Assembly: GCA_964489585.1 (NCBI GenBank)
Contig: CAZAZH010000003.1
Span: forward strand, 1-49,022
Source of the DNA: an uncultured Syntrophomonas sp.
GTDB lineage: Bacteria; Bacillota; Syntrophomonadia; Syntrophomonadales; Syntrophomonadaceae
DNA length: 49,022 nucleotides
Direction of reading: 5' to 3'
Under the pieces are notes generated by a model. That model saw only the letters and a list, made by a program, of their open reading frames with translations. It searched no databases and was not told the DNA's origin. Positions 34,811-44,177 of this stretch are shown here, in pieces. Both the position numbers and the translations under genes were made by a program. The first letter of the stretch is position 1. Each line of letters starts with the position of its first letter.

Positions 34811-34890
34811 ACGATTGCAGCATTAGTTAATTAAACCGTCATGCCCGGAGGACGCAACCACGAATGAAAATTCCCGTGGCTTTCGTGGGT

Positions 34891-34962
34891 GTCATCCTGA
34901 GCGTAGCGAAGGATCTGATATGATATTCCTGGTGCAAGATCCTTCACTTCGTTCAGGATGAC
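34891..34962 (+). repeat. Family-A core hairpin only (copy A6)
   Basis: GTCATCCTGAGCGTAGCGAAGGATC-22 nt-GATCCTTCACTTCGTTCAGGATGAC. There are no TIRs. Confidence 0.7.
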
Positions 34963-34974
34963 AAGGAAAGATAT

Positions 34975-35508
34975 TTAACCCCGCGAGTTATACCACATAC
35001 TTATAGCATCGCTAATTAACCTGGCCATATGGTATACCGGAGTAAGACTCCCAAAACTACTCCGACCCAGTTTAGGCTTATCCTCCTGGCTGGCTACAAT
35101 ACCAGTTATATAATAATGACCTATCGGTTGCAGTCTCTGGGATAAGGCTTTGCCCGGCTGTAATGCCCCTTGAAACAACTTAACCATACCTAAATCATCT
35201 GACGGACCTAAAGAGGCATCAATAGCTACGTGGATACTATACGGATGATGCTCTTTAATTAACTCCATGCGCTCATGCAAGTTTTTAGCATTGAGTGGCT
35301 CATCCAGGGTTCCATAGACCGTCACTAAAGGAGCTTTTTCAGTAATCATAGTACCGGTAAGAGGTCCCAGGCAGTCAAGTATATGACGATGAGAACCGAC
35401 CGCCAGAAAAACCGGCTCGGTTTCTATGGAATTAAGGAGATTAGCCAGGTTACCAGCCATCTCCTCTCTTAATCCCATATCTAAATAATGTCCTTTAAGT
35501 AGTAACAT
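34975..35508 (-). CDS. yyaC: Spore protease YyaC (GPR-like endopeptidase family)
   Basis: 177 aa with ..FLAVGSHRHILDCLGPLTGTMI.. and ..HVAIDASLG.. motifs characteristic of YyaC. Confidence 0.8.
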   Translation of the reverse strand: MLLLKGHYLDMGLREEMAGNLANLLNSIETEPVFLAVGSHRHILDCLGPLTGTMITEKAPLVTVYGTLDEPLNAKNLHERMELIKEHHPYSIHVAIDASLGPSDDLGMVKLFQGALQPGKALSQRLQPIGHYYITGIVASQEDKPKLGRSSFGSLTPVYHMARLISDAISMWYNSRG

Positions 35509-35517
35509 TTGCTGTTT

Positions 35518-36621
35518 CTAAGCCCCCAGGATTTTTTTCAGACCCTCAATGAAGCGAGCATTTTCTTTTTCATTGCCCACCGTTACTCGAATGTAGGTGG
35601 GATAGCCAAAAATATCTCCAGACCGAATAATTACACCTTGTTTCAGCAGTCCCTGAAATACTTCCTTACTATCTTTACCGGTGTCCACAAAAATAAAATT
35701 AGCATCCGTCTTAAGATATTTTAATTGGAGTTTTTCAAATTCTTCATATAAATAGTTTTTACCTGTCTGATTAACCTTTCTGCTCTGCTCCAGATGCTCT
35801 TTATCATCCAGGGCGGCAGCGGCAGCTACCTGAGCCGGGGTATTTACATTAAAGGGCTCGGTTACCCTTTCTACTGCAGCAGCTATATCAGGAGTAGTTA
35901 CCCCATAGCCTACCCGCAGGGCGGCTAAACCATAAATCTTGGAGAAGGTACGTAAAACCACGGCATTGCGGCCATCTTTAACATACTTGATGCCACTGAC
36001 ATAAGATGGGCTTTCCACATACTCATAATAAGCTTCGTCAAATATGATTAAAACATCGTGCGGAACCCGGGTCATGAAGGAGTCTATCTCCTCAGCGGTA
36101 ACAATTGTTCCGGTGGGGTTGTTAGGGTTACAGATATACAGCATTTTAGTCCGGGGGGTAATTGCCGCCAGCATAGCCTCCAAGTCATGTTTAGAATTTA
36201 TAAGCGGGACTTTAACAGATATTGCGCCCATAATTGTTGCCGTAAATTCGTACTCGGCAAAGGAAGGCTGGGCAAATATAATTTCATCCCCAGGGTTAAG
36301 GAAGGTTTCCGCCAGTAATTTCAATAGTTCATCAGAACCGTTGCCTATTAGTAGTCCCTGGGGATCACAATCCAGCATTTCCGATAGCTTCTGTTTAAGC
36401 CCGAAGCAATTGGCATCTGGATAAATATGTAGTTTATCCATTACCTCACTGAAGGCTTTTTTGCCTAGCGGTGAAGGCCCCAGCGGATTCTCGTTGGATG
36501 CCAGTTTAATGATATCGTCAATACCCAATTCTCTTTGGACTTCTTCAATGGGTTTGCCCGGTACATATGGTTTGAGATTAAATATCTGGGGGCGGGCCTT
36601 TTTTTTAATAAACTCCGACAT
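35518..36621 (-). CDS. hisC: Histidinol-phosphate aminotransferase
   Basis: 367 aa with ..LKPYVPGKP..KLASNENPLGPSP.., NPNNPTG, and FSKIYGLAALRVGY (PLP lysine). Confidence 0.9.
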   Translation of the reverse strand: MSEFIKKKARPQIFNLKPYVPGKPIEEVQRELGIDDIIKLASNENPLGPSPLGKKAFSEVMDKLHIYPDANCFGLKQKLSEMLDCDPQGLLIGNGSDELLKLLAETFLNPGDEIIFAQPSFAEYEFTATIMGAISVKVPLINSKHDLEAMLAAITPRTKMLYICNPNNPTGTIVTAEEIDSFMTRVPHDVLIIFDEAYYEYVESPSYVSGIKYVKDGRNAVVLRTFSKIYGLAALRVGYGVTTPDIAAAVERVTEPFNVNTPAQVAAAAALDDKEHLEQSRKVNQTGKNYLYEEFEKLQLKYLKTDANFIFVDTGKDSKEVFQGLLKQGVIIRSGDIFGYPTYIRVTVGNEKENARFIEGLKKILGA

Positions 36622-36687
36622 TTCCTTTTAAACCTCCCAAAATTAATTCGTAAATAAGTCCGGGGACAGGCACCGGACATATTACGT

Positions 36688-37515
36688 CTATTCCCTTATC
36701 ATATCGTATATAAACCCCGGCAGGGCGAAGGCGGCCTGGTGGACTTTATCATTATAATATTTTAAATCAAAGCCGGGCCTATTGTCACCTTTTACTTCCC
36801 GGGGGTCGTGGACTTTACTGCCGATAGTAAAAGACCAGGGTCCGGAAACATAGGTGGGTATGTAGGCCAGATATACCAGGGTCCGGGGAAATACCGCACT
36901 AATATTCCGGTGTACGGAGCAAAATACCTCCTGGTAAAAAATTGGTGATTCCGACTGTACTACCATCATGCCATCGTTATTAAGACAATTATATATATTG
37001 CTGTAGAATTCCTGGGTAAATAACAGCTGGGCAGGACCGATAGGGTCAGAGGAATCAACTATTACCAGGTCATATTTCCCGGCATTTTTAACGAACTCTA
37101 TTCCATCCTGAAAAAACAAGTTGAGTCTGGCATCATTAAAAGCTGAAGATATTGAAGGCAAATACTGCTTACTGGCGGCAACTACCCGCTCATCTATTTC
37201 CACCATATCAATCTTTTGCAGCTGCGGGTGTTTGCATAACTCCCGTAAGGTACCCCCATCCCCTCCACCGATAATTAAAACATCCCGGGGGGCAGGATGT
37301 GAAAACATAGGTACATGGGCTATCATTTCATGGTAAACAAACTCATCTTTTTCACTTACCTGCAGAGCGCCATCAAGAATTAAAGCCTTACCCCACTCCA
37401 GGGTATCTATTACTGCCAGTTCCTGATAAGGCGTTTTTTCAGTATGCAATATTTCTCTTATCTTCCATTTCACCTGATATCCATCAGTATTCTTTTCCTT
37501 AAACCAGAAACTCAT
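36688..37515 (-). CDS. speE: Spermidine synthase
   Basis: WF.E...... N-terminus, IIGGGDGG SAM-binding motif, DSSDP. The ATG at 37515 is 7 nt after AAGGAGG; the track's longer form translates a repeat-rich leader. Confidence 0.9.
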   Translation of the reverse strand: MSFWFKEKNTDGYQVKWKIREILHTEKTPYQELAVIDTLEWGKALILDGALQVSEKDEFVYHEMIAHVPMFSHPAPRDVLIIGGGDGGTLRELCKHPQLQKIDMVEIDERVVAASKQYLPSISSAFNDARLNLFFQDGIEFVKNAGKYDLVIVDSSDPIGPAQLLFTQEFYSNIYNCLNNDGMMVVQSESPIFYQEVFCSVHRNISAVFPRTLVYLAYIPTYVSGPWSFTIGSKVHDPREVKGDNRPGFDLKYYNDKVHQAAFALPGFIYDMIRE

Positions 37516-37620
37516 AGAAACCTCCTTATAACCGAAGTCAGATGTCTGACGTCTGATATCCAATTTCCGTTACTCCTCTGACATACGATTTGTAACCTCC
37601 GACATCTGACATCCGTTCTA
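37516..37620 (-). promoter_or_regulatory. Repeat-rich structured leader upstream of speE
   Basis: GTCAGATGTC (37537-46) and GACATCTGAC (37601-10) form a perfect 10-bp inverted repeat enclosing 54 nt, with an inner GTTAC/GTAAC helix. There are five TCTGA(C/T) motifs. Confidence 0.35.
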
Positions 37621-37926
37621 TTATTCCCTACTCTCTAATAGTTCTGTTACCAACTGCAAACATTGTTCCATTGATTCCTCATCGGTAAAATCAGCTGCCA
37701 TTAAGGTAGCTTTTATTATTTCGTCAATTTCACTGCCCTCATTTGTTTCTACCCAATTTCGTAAGGTTTGAATCAACCGGGGCTGATCTTTTTTTACTAC
37801 CACAACATCCAGTAAACTTAGCAAAAAGCTCATTTCCTCTACACTTAGTTTGCCCCTTACTCCCATATCCGCAATCATGCTGGCACTTTCAGCATAGAGT
37901 TTCTTCTTTTTCTCCTCAAAAGTCAT
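37621..37926 (-). CDS. Hypothetical acidic helical protein (101 aa), translationally coupled to the helicase gene
   Basis: Its ATG overlaps the helicase stop (TAATG). I recognise no motifs. Confidence 0.55.
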   Translation of the reverse strand: MTFEEKKKKLYAESASMIADMGVRGKLSVEEMSFLLSLLDVVVVKKDQPRLIQTLRNWVETNEGSEIDEIIKATLMAADFTDEESMEQCLQLVTELLESRE

Positions 37927-39281
37927 TACCGGCTAATCCTTTCTGCATCTTTCATGGTCTGTTTTTGCAGATCAAAGACTATAGGTATACTAACTCCGCT
38001 ACGGCCATCGCGATTCTTTTCAATCATTAAATAATAGTTGGGATTAAGATATTTCTTAATCTCCTCGTTTAATTCAAAATCCTCTTTTGGAATGGGGGTA
38101 AGCTTAAGCATAAGGTCACATTCGTTTTTCATACGCCGGGCCCCCTGCATGGTACCATCGGCATTAAGCTGGACTAAACACATGACTGCTATATTAAGAT
38201 TCTGGGCCAGCATTTTCTGAGTCTTAACAATCTGCTCTAACATCTGCCATTCTGGAATGCGAGGGTCAAATTTATCCATCCGCCCTACATAGTCTATTAT
38301 CATCAGCTCGATATTCTTTTGGGCCTTAAATTTTCGGGCTATAGATATGGTTTTTTCCGGGGTTAGATTGGGACAGGGATAAGAGTAAAAACCACTATCG
38401 CGCAGGCGGGAATAGGCATTTAATATAATCGATAATTCGGTTTCATTAATATTGCCGGCACGAATCCGTTCATGTTCAATACCAGATAAGATAGAACCCC
38501 AGCGTAATGCTATTTGTTCCCGGCTCATTTCGGTATTCAAATAGAGTACATTCTTTTTACTATCTACCGCAATAGCTTTAGAAGTATGCAAAGCAAATGC
38601 AGTTTTACCGTGTCCGGTCTGAGCCCCTAAAATAATTAAATCACCTGCTTTATAGCCCAGGGTAACATGATTCAAGTTATCAAAACCGGTGGATAATCCG
38701 TCCAGCGGGATAAGTCCCTTATTAACCTCGTTAATATTTTTATAGCGTAGAAAACGCCTTTCTACTTCATCATAACCCAGGTTGGCCATATCGGCAGGTC
38801 CGTCTACATGGTCATCTATCTCTAAAGCGGTTAGATTAGTCAGCTTTTCTTCCGCGGACATCAGGATTTGTTCTATATCCGTGCCCTGCTGTTCCCTAAT
38901 AACCTCATAGCTGACCTTTAAAAATTCCACAAAATTACGCAGCCGGGATTTATCTTTTACTTTACCTATCCAGTATTTAATGTTTTCATCATCAATAAAA
39001 TGTTCGGCTATGTATTTAAGATCTTCTATATCGCGGGGATTAGTAAACAAACCCAGATTGTGACCTTCCTTTAGTACCTCTACAAGAGTAGGCCGTACTT
39101 CCCGCAGAAATAGACTACTAACTAATTCAAAAATGAGGGCATTACGCGGCGAGTAGAACTCACTGGCGGTTAATAAATTATAAGCTTCTATACAGGCATC
39201 TTCCGAATGCAGCATAGAAGATAAAACTCGTTGTTCACTTTCCAGATCAAATAAATATTCCTCCGGTATTTCACTCATCAC
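37926..39281 (-). CDS. dnaB: DnaB-family replicative DNA helicase (divergent)
   Basis: 451 aa. DnaB N-terminal domain (..SEQRVLSSML....FYSPRNALIF..) and a RecA-like C-terminal domain with atypical Walker A GAQTGHGKT and Walker B MIIDYVGRM. Confidence 0.85.
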   Translation of the reverse strand: MMSEIPEEYLFDLESEQRVLSSMLHSEDACIEAYNLLTASEFYSPRNALIFELVSSLFLREVRPTLVEVLKEGHNLGLFTNPRDIEDLKYIAEHFIDDENIKYWIGKVKDKSRLRNFVEFLKVSYEVIREQQGTDIEQILMSAEEKLTNLTALEIDDHVDGPADMANLGYDEVERRFLRYKNINEVNKGLIPLDGLSTGFDNLNHVTLGYKAGDLIILGAQTGHGKTAFALHTSKAIAVDSKKNVLYLNTEMSREQIALRWGSILSGIEHERIRAGNINETELSIILNAYSRLRDSGFYSYPCPNLTPEKTISIARKFKAQKNIELMIIDYVGRMDKFDPRIPEWQMLEQIVKTQKMLAQNLNIAVMCLVQLNADGTMQGARRMKNECDLMLKLTPIPKEDFELNEEIKKYLNPNYYLMIEKNRDGRSGVSIPIVFDLQKQTMKDAERISR

Positions 39282-39304
39282 TTAATTCCACCATCCCCAA
39301 AATT

Positions 39305-39330
39305 AAAACGGGGTACATGTCCCCGTTTTT
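39305..39330 (-). terminator. Hairpin between the DnaD-like and helicase genes (weak terminator or attenuator)
   Basis: AAAACGGGG-TACATGT-CCCCGTTTT. Confidence 0.4.
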
Positions 39331-39331
39331 A

Positions 39332-40510
39332 TTATACCTTAGTTTTTATTTCTTCCAAGCTCCCTGGTGGAACATAAATTTCATATTCCGAGGTAACGGA
39401 GCGGGTGGTGTTTTTCTGATTACCAACCGCCTGTTTACGTTCATTTTTACTGCGCTGCTTGAATGCCTGTAGTTCCTTTTCAGCATCTTCCACACGACGT
39501 ATTTCTTTACTCATCCAGTTATTAAGGACACTATCGATATATTCCAGGCCGCCGTTACGGGTGCGTTGGCACATGATTTCTCCCGCTTTCATTATCATAG
39601 GATGGGAAAAACCCCAGTCGTAGCGCCATTTATAATAAACCTGCTGGCGAGCGCTGGCACCCATATCAATTCCCGTAAAATTGCCAAACTCCATGACATC
39701 AGGATCAAACTGGTTGAGCCGTAAGGTCGCACTTTTTTCATTGTCAACATAGCGCTTAAAATAGATTTCTAATCCTTCGACGGTACTTATGGCATATTCC
39801 TTGAGGTCGCGGGCTATTTTACTGATATCGCGGGGATTAAATATATTGCGTTCAAAACAAAGTTCCAACATACAGAGTAGAAACTCGGTAGTAAACCCCA
39901 TTTCTTCCAACCATTTGTGCAGTTCATTGGACATTTTCACACTCATCAGATTACCCGTTTTCTTGGAAATAAAGTCGGCCACTTTCTTATAACCGGCACT
40001 GGCATGGCTGTTAAAATCAATCAGCCGTTTCCCCTTTTCTTCCTCCAGGCTGAGTTCCAGCTGCACTATACGTTCACGATATTCATCCAGCAAATGATCC
40101 ACCTGTTCCTGGTCTACGCTAGTATCCTTCCTATCTTCATTCAGGGTCAACTGGGGGTGATCTCTGATAATAAAGGCTTCCAGCTTTTCTATGAGTGGTT
40201 CCAGGTAGACGATTCTCTCTGTAAAACTACGATTATTGTGGTCAATCTCAATAACTCCGAGTTGTTGTAAGCGATTAAGTCGTCGCGATAGTTTCTGAGT
40301 ACTTAATAAAGGACATGTTTGCAAAACTTGTCCGGGTGTAATGCCTCTATCATAAAGAGGGCGGGATTTTTCCAGAGTATAAAACAGGGCTGTAAATATA
40401 CCAATATCTTCTATATCTAGATCTAATTCCTTGGCATAATTAAATACAGCACCAGGAAGGCAAGCAAAATTCCAACGATACATTTCCATTAACAAAGACC
40501 TTGTCTGCAT
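39332..40510 (-). CDS. DnaD-domain replication initiation/helicase-loading protein (B. subtilis DnaB/DnaD-like)
   Basis: N-terminal winged-helix-like region plus two DnaD-type C-terminal repeats (..EFLLCMLELCFERN.., ..HPMIMKAGEIMCQRTRNGGLEYIDSVLNNW). The ATG at 40510 follows GGAGGA. Confidence 0.72.
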   Translation of the reverse strand: MQTRSLLMEMYRWNFACLPGAVFNYAKELDLDIEDIGIFTALFYTLEKSRPLYDRGITPGQVLQTCPLLSTQKLSRRLNRLQQLGVIEIDHNNRSFTERIVYLEPLIEKLEAFIIRDHPQLTLNEDRKDTSVDQEQVDHLLDEYRERIVQLELSLEEEKGKRLIDFNSHASAGYKKVADFISKKTGNLMSVKMSNELHKWLEEMGFTTEFLLCMLELCFERNIFNPRDISKIARDLKEYAISTVEGLEIYFKRYVDNEKSATLRLNQFDPDVMEFGNFTGIDMGASARQQVYYKWRYDWGFSHPMIMKAGEIMCQRTRNGGLEYIDSVLNNWMSKEIRRVEDAEKELQAFKQRSKNERKQAVGNQKNTTRSVTSEYEIYVPPGSLEEIKTKV

Positions 40511-40710
40511 AATTCTACCATCCTCCAGGGTGTTAGGTACATGCAATTATACCATTAGCATTTCGGGACAAACAAGTTTTGAAAAGTGACGCTATAGGAT
40601 AAAAAACGGTCCTTATTCTCTGAAAACGGTTCAATAAGAGTAAGGGAAAAATAATAATGCTAAATACAGACCTTGACTGGATAACAATTCCAATGAAAGT
40701 CCTGTTTATA

Positions 40711-40749
40711 AACAAAGATAAAGAAACACCGGGCCTGTTACCCGGTGTT
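40711..40749 (-). terminator. Terminator of the MBL hydrolase gene
   Basis: AACACCGGG-TAACAGG-CCCGGTGTT on the minus strand followed by UCUUUAUCUUUGUU. Confidence 0.75.
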
Positions 40750-40760
40750 ATAGCTAAACT

Positions 40761-42338
40761 CTAAACAATTGTTGATATATTTTGCATGACTTCTATTATC
40801 TTATCATAATTTTCCCGAGCCCAATTTTCTCTAAACAATTCGTTAAGTTTCAAGGAAACCTGCAGGTACATCTGTTCTGCCTTAATCGCCTCCGACAATT
40901 CCCTGCTGCTATGAACATAATGGGGGCGTACCTCTTCTTCCCGAGCGAAAAGTTCAAATTCTTGCTGCCAATCCGGAATAAAAATAGGGATATTTAGTTT
41001 CTCCTGAATAGCTTCAGCCAATGCCAGCTGGGCATCTTCTTCCCCGTGTACTATAAATATATCCTTCGGTTTAACTACGAAACTCATTAACCAATCTAAG
41101 AGGCCATCCTTATCGGCATGTGCCGAGTATGCCTCGATACGCCTGATATCAGCTTTTACCGCAATCTTTTCGCCATGTATAGTGACTATTTTTTCACCAT
41201 CTAAAATGCGCCTGCCCAGGGTCCCGGCTGCCTGGTAACCAACAAATAGTATGGTTGATTCCGGGCGCCACAGGTTATGTTTAAGATGATGCTTAATTCT
41301 ACCTGCTTCACACATACCACTGGCTGATATTATTATGGATTTACCCAGAGTATCATTTAACTGCAAGGATTCTTCCCGGGTGCGGGAAAGATGCAGGTTA
41401 ATGTATTGCCAGGGGTCTCTCTTCATCATAAAAGCCCGGGTGGTGTCATCATAAGAATCCCGGTTTTTAACAAAAATCTCGGTTGCCGCGATAGCCAGAG
41501 GACTATCTATATATACCTTTATATCAGGCTCCAATTTCTTTTCATAACCCAGTTTAATTAAATCATAGATGATATCCTGGGTGCGTTCTACAGCAAAGGC
41601 CGGTATAACCAGGTTGCCACCTTTGGCCATAGTTTCATTAATTACCTGCAAGAACTTATCAGCCCGGCCCAGGGCCGAGTCATGCAAGCGGTTACCATAG
41701 GTCGATTCAATAACTAGAAAATCGGCATTTTCTATTATGGCTGGATCCTTAACCAGCGGTTGGTTTACATTACCCAGGTCACCGCTAAAGACTAATTTGG
41801 TTTTCTTACCTTTTTCTTGAACCCAAAGCTCGATTATCGAAGCTCCCAGAATATGTCCGGCGGTACGCAACCTTATATCAATATTAGGATTTATGTTTAT
41901 AGTTTCATCAACATTAAGAGAACGAAACTGGGAAAGACAGTTCAGGGCATCCTGGGCCGTATAGATAGGCTCCAGTAATTTAAGGCCAGACCTTTTACGC
42001 TTGCGGTTTTTCCTTTCTACTTCTGATTCCTGTATATAACCAGAATCGGGAAGCATGACTCGGCAAAGTTCTTCAGTAATATAACTGCAGTATATAGGAC
42101 CGGTAAAACCTTGTTTACAGAGCTTGGGGATAAGTCCGCTGTGGTCGATATGAGCGTGGGTTAAAATGACAAAATCAATACTGGCCGGGTCAACCGGGAA
42201 ATCCTGATAGTTGCGTTCCTGTAAAGACTTGGGACCTTGAAAAAGGCCACAGTCCACAGCAAATTGGATGTCACCAGTTTCTACTAAAAAGCAAGAACCG
42301 GTCACGGTTTTAGCAGCTCCCAGAAATTTGAGCTTCAT
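40761..42338 (-). CDS. MBL-fold beta-CASP hydrolase (CPSF/RNase-J-like RNA-metabolising nuclease)
   Basis: 525 aa with HAHIDHSG motif 2, beta-CASP motifs and the C-terminal H of the RNA-specificity domain (..SAHAD..). Confidence 0.87.
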   Translation of the reverse strand: MKLKFLGAAKTVTGSCFLVETGDIQFAVDCGLFQGPKSLQERNYQDFPVDPASIDFVILTHAHIDHSGLIPKLCKQGFTGPIYCSYITEELCRVMLPDSGYIQESEVERKNRKRKRSGLKLLEPIYTAQDALNCLSQFRSLNVDETININPNIDIRLRTAGHILGASIIELWVQEKGKKTKLVFSGDLGNVNQPLVKDPAIIENADFLVIESTYGNRLHDSALGRADKFLQVINETMAKGGNLVIPAFAVERTQDIIYDLIKLGYEKKLEPDIKVYIDSPLAIAATEIFVKNRDSYDDTTRAFMMKRDPWQYINLHLSRTREESLQLNDTLGKSIIISASGMCEAGRIKHHLKHNLWRPESTILFVGYQAAGTLGRRILDGEKIVTIHGEKIAVKADIRRIEAYSAHADKDGLLDWLMSFVVKPKDIFIVHGEEDAQLALAEAIQEKLNIPIFIPDWQQEFELFAREEEVRPHYVHSSRELSEAIKAEQMYLQVSLKLNELFRENWARENYDKIIEVMQNISTIV

Positions 42339-42372
42339 ATAATTCCACCACTCTCCAGATAAGTTAGATTAA

Positions 42373-42849
42373 TTATACAGCAACGATATTGCGAGCGTCT
42401 TTCTTTTTTGATAGTTTATTGAATTCTTGATAAAAATTAATTATTTCGTAGCGAATTAAATCCTGATTTCGGCCTCGGATAGCCCGGTCCAGGTTATTAA
42501 AGCTATTGCGACCGAACTCCTTAACCGTTTCATTACTATCCAAATCTTCAACATGCTCACTGTATTTACAATGTATCTGTTCAAAAATAGCGTAGTATAG
42601 TTCTTTGATTTGAAAAACCCGCTTGGCTACCTGTTCCAAATCCATATCCTCTTTCTCCGCAATATGAAGCAGGCTATGAAACAGGTTATGTAACAGTTTA
42701 TTATTAAATACCGCAGCCATCACCTCTCTTTTATACTGTTTACAGAGGAGATAGCGCATATAATCATGATGTTCCTTCCTGGAAACAGATGAAAGTAGAT
42801 GATAAGCATTTAGGAGCTCGACTTCGTTAGTAGTAATATCTCCAACCAC
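42373..42849 (-). CDS. Hypothetical helical protein (about 158 aa)
   Basis: ORF 34 nt upstream of the MBL gene. The GTG at 42849 is 8 nt after AAGGGGG. No recognisable motif. Confidence 0.5.
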   Translation of the reverse strand: MVGDITTNEVELLNAYHLLSSVSRKEHHDYMRYLLCKQYKREVMAAVFNNKLLHNLFHSLLHIAEKEDMDLEQVAKRVFQIKELYYAIFEQIHCKYSEHVEDLDSNETVKEFGRNSFNNLDRAIRGRNQDLIRYEIINFYQEFNKLSKKKDARNIVAV

Positions 42850-43001
42850 AAACAAAACCCCCTTTAATTTATCTCTAATTCTCTTTAAAGGAGGTTTCCA
42901 CCTGATATCGCTTAAATCCTTCAGTTATTTATCGTATTATTCATTCTTAATTCCGTGCCATTCGATACAATTCACCACACGGCCTAGATTATTATGGTAA
43001 T

Positions 43002-44177
43002 TTATCCTTTTCTATGTCGAGTCAGAAAGCGCCCCATGCGCTCGATGGCTTCCTCGATATTGGCTACACTAGCGGCATAGCAGCACCTTATGTAGCCTTC
43101 CCCACAATTTCCAAATGCATTTCCAGGTACTACCGCTACTTTTTCTTCTTTCAACAATTTTTCACAAAAATCCTCGCTATTCATGCCACTATTTTTTATC
43201 GATGGGAAACAATAAAAGGCCCCTCGCGGTTCAAAACAGGATAAACCGACTTGCCTGAAACCGTTTAGCATCAGTTTACGCCGATAATTATAATTTTCTA
43301 CCATCTTACGCATTTCCCCTTCGCCATGACGGAGTGCTTCTATGGCAGCTTTTTGTGCCATTATAGGAGCGCACATAATAGTATACTGGTGGATTTTATT
43401 CATAGCGTTAATAATATCGGGGTGCCCGCAGGCATAACCTATCCTCCATCCAGTCATGGCAAAGGCTTTGGAAAAGCCATTAAAAACGATGGTACGATCC
43501 CTCATTCCAGGAAACGAGGCTATAGATACATGCTCCCCTTCATAGGTAAGCTCGGCATAAATCTCGTCGGATAAAACTATAAGGTCATTTTTTATAATAA
43601 TATCAACCAGAGCCTTTAGATCCTCAGCCTTCATTATTCCCCCGGTAGGATTATTGGGGAATGGCAGAATGAGAACTTTGCTCCGGGGAGTTATAGCCTT
43701 TTCCAGTATATCCGGACGCAGGCGGTATTCGTCAGCATCGTAAGTTAGCAGAGGAACTGGTTTACCATATACCAGTTTGGTGCCGGGGGCATAGGAAACA
43801 TAGGAGGGTTCCGGTACCAGCACCTCATCACCTGGTTCTATCAATGCCCGCAGGGCCAAATCAACCGCTTCACTAACCCCTACCGTAACCAGGATTTCAT
43901 CTGCCGGGGAATAACTTACCCCGATTTTCCTTTTCTCATAGGCGGCTATTTCTTCTCTAAATTCTGGTAATCCCAAATTAGAAGTATACATTGTATACCC
44001 TTTTTCCAGGGAATAAAAACAGGCTTCCCGGATGTGCCAGGGAGTTACAAAGTCAGGTTCACCTACTCCCAGGGATATTACCCCCTCGGTTTGAGTTACC
44101 AGGTCAAAGAATTTTCGTATTCCAGAAGGGGGGATATCTTGAACTACCCCGGAAATATAACTGCTCATACTGCTCAC
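43002..44177 (-). CDS. Class-I/II PLP aminotransferase, AlaT (YugH)-like
   Basis: 391 aa with NPTG and SKAFAMTGWRIGY (PLP lysine). It overlaps the upstream Lrp gene by 4 nt, the same gene order as B. subtilis alaR-alaT. Confidence 0.85.
   Translation of the reverse strand: MSSMSSYISGVVQDIPPSGIRKFFDLVTQTEGVISLGVGEPDFVTPWHIREACFYSLEKGYTMYTSNLGLPEFREEIAAYEKRKIGVSYSPADEILVTVGVSEAVDLALRALIEPGDEVLVPEPSYVSYAPGTKLVYGKPVPLLTYDADEYRLRPDILEKAITPRSKVLILPFPNNPTGGIMKAEDLKALVDIIIKNDLIVLSDEIYAELTYEGEHVSIASFPGMRDRTIVFNGFSKAFAMTGWRIGYACGHPDIINAMNKIHQYTIMCAPIMAQKAAIEALRHGEGEMRKMVENYNYRRKLMLNGFRQVGLSCFEPRGAFYCFPSIKNSGMNSEDFCEKLLKEEKVAVVPGNAFGNCGEGYIRCCYAASVANIEEAIERMGRFLTRHRKG

Noticed and set aside
40547-40760. 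A DnaA-box cluster or origin near the helicase/loader genes.
   Set aside because: I found only isolated 7-of-9 matches to TTATCCACA (for example TGGATAAC near 40677). There is no cluster and no AT-rich unwinding element pattern.
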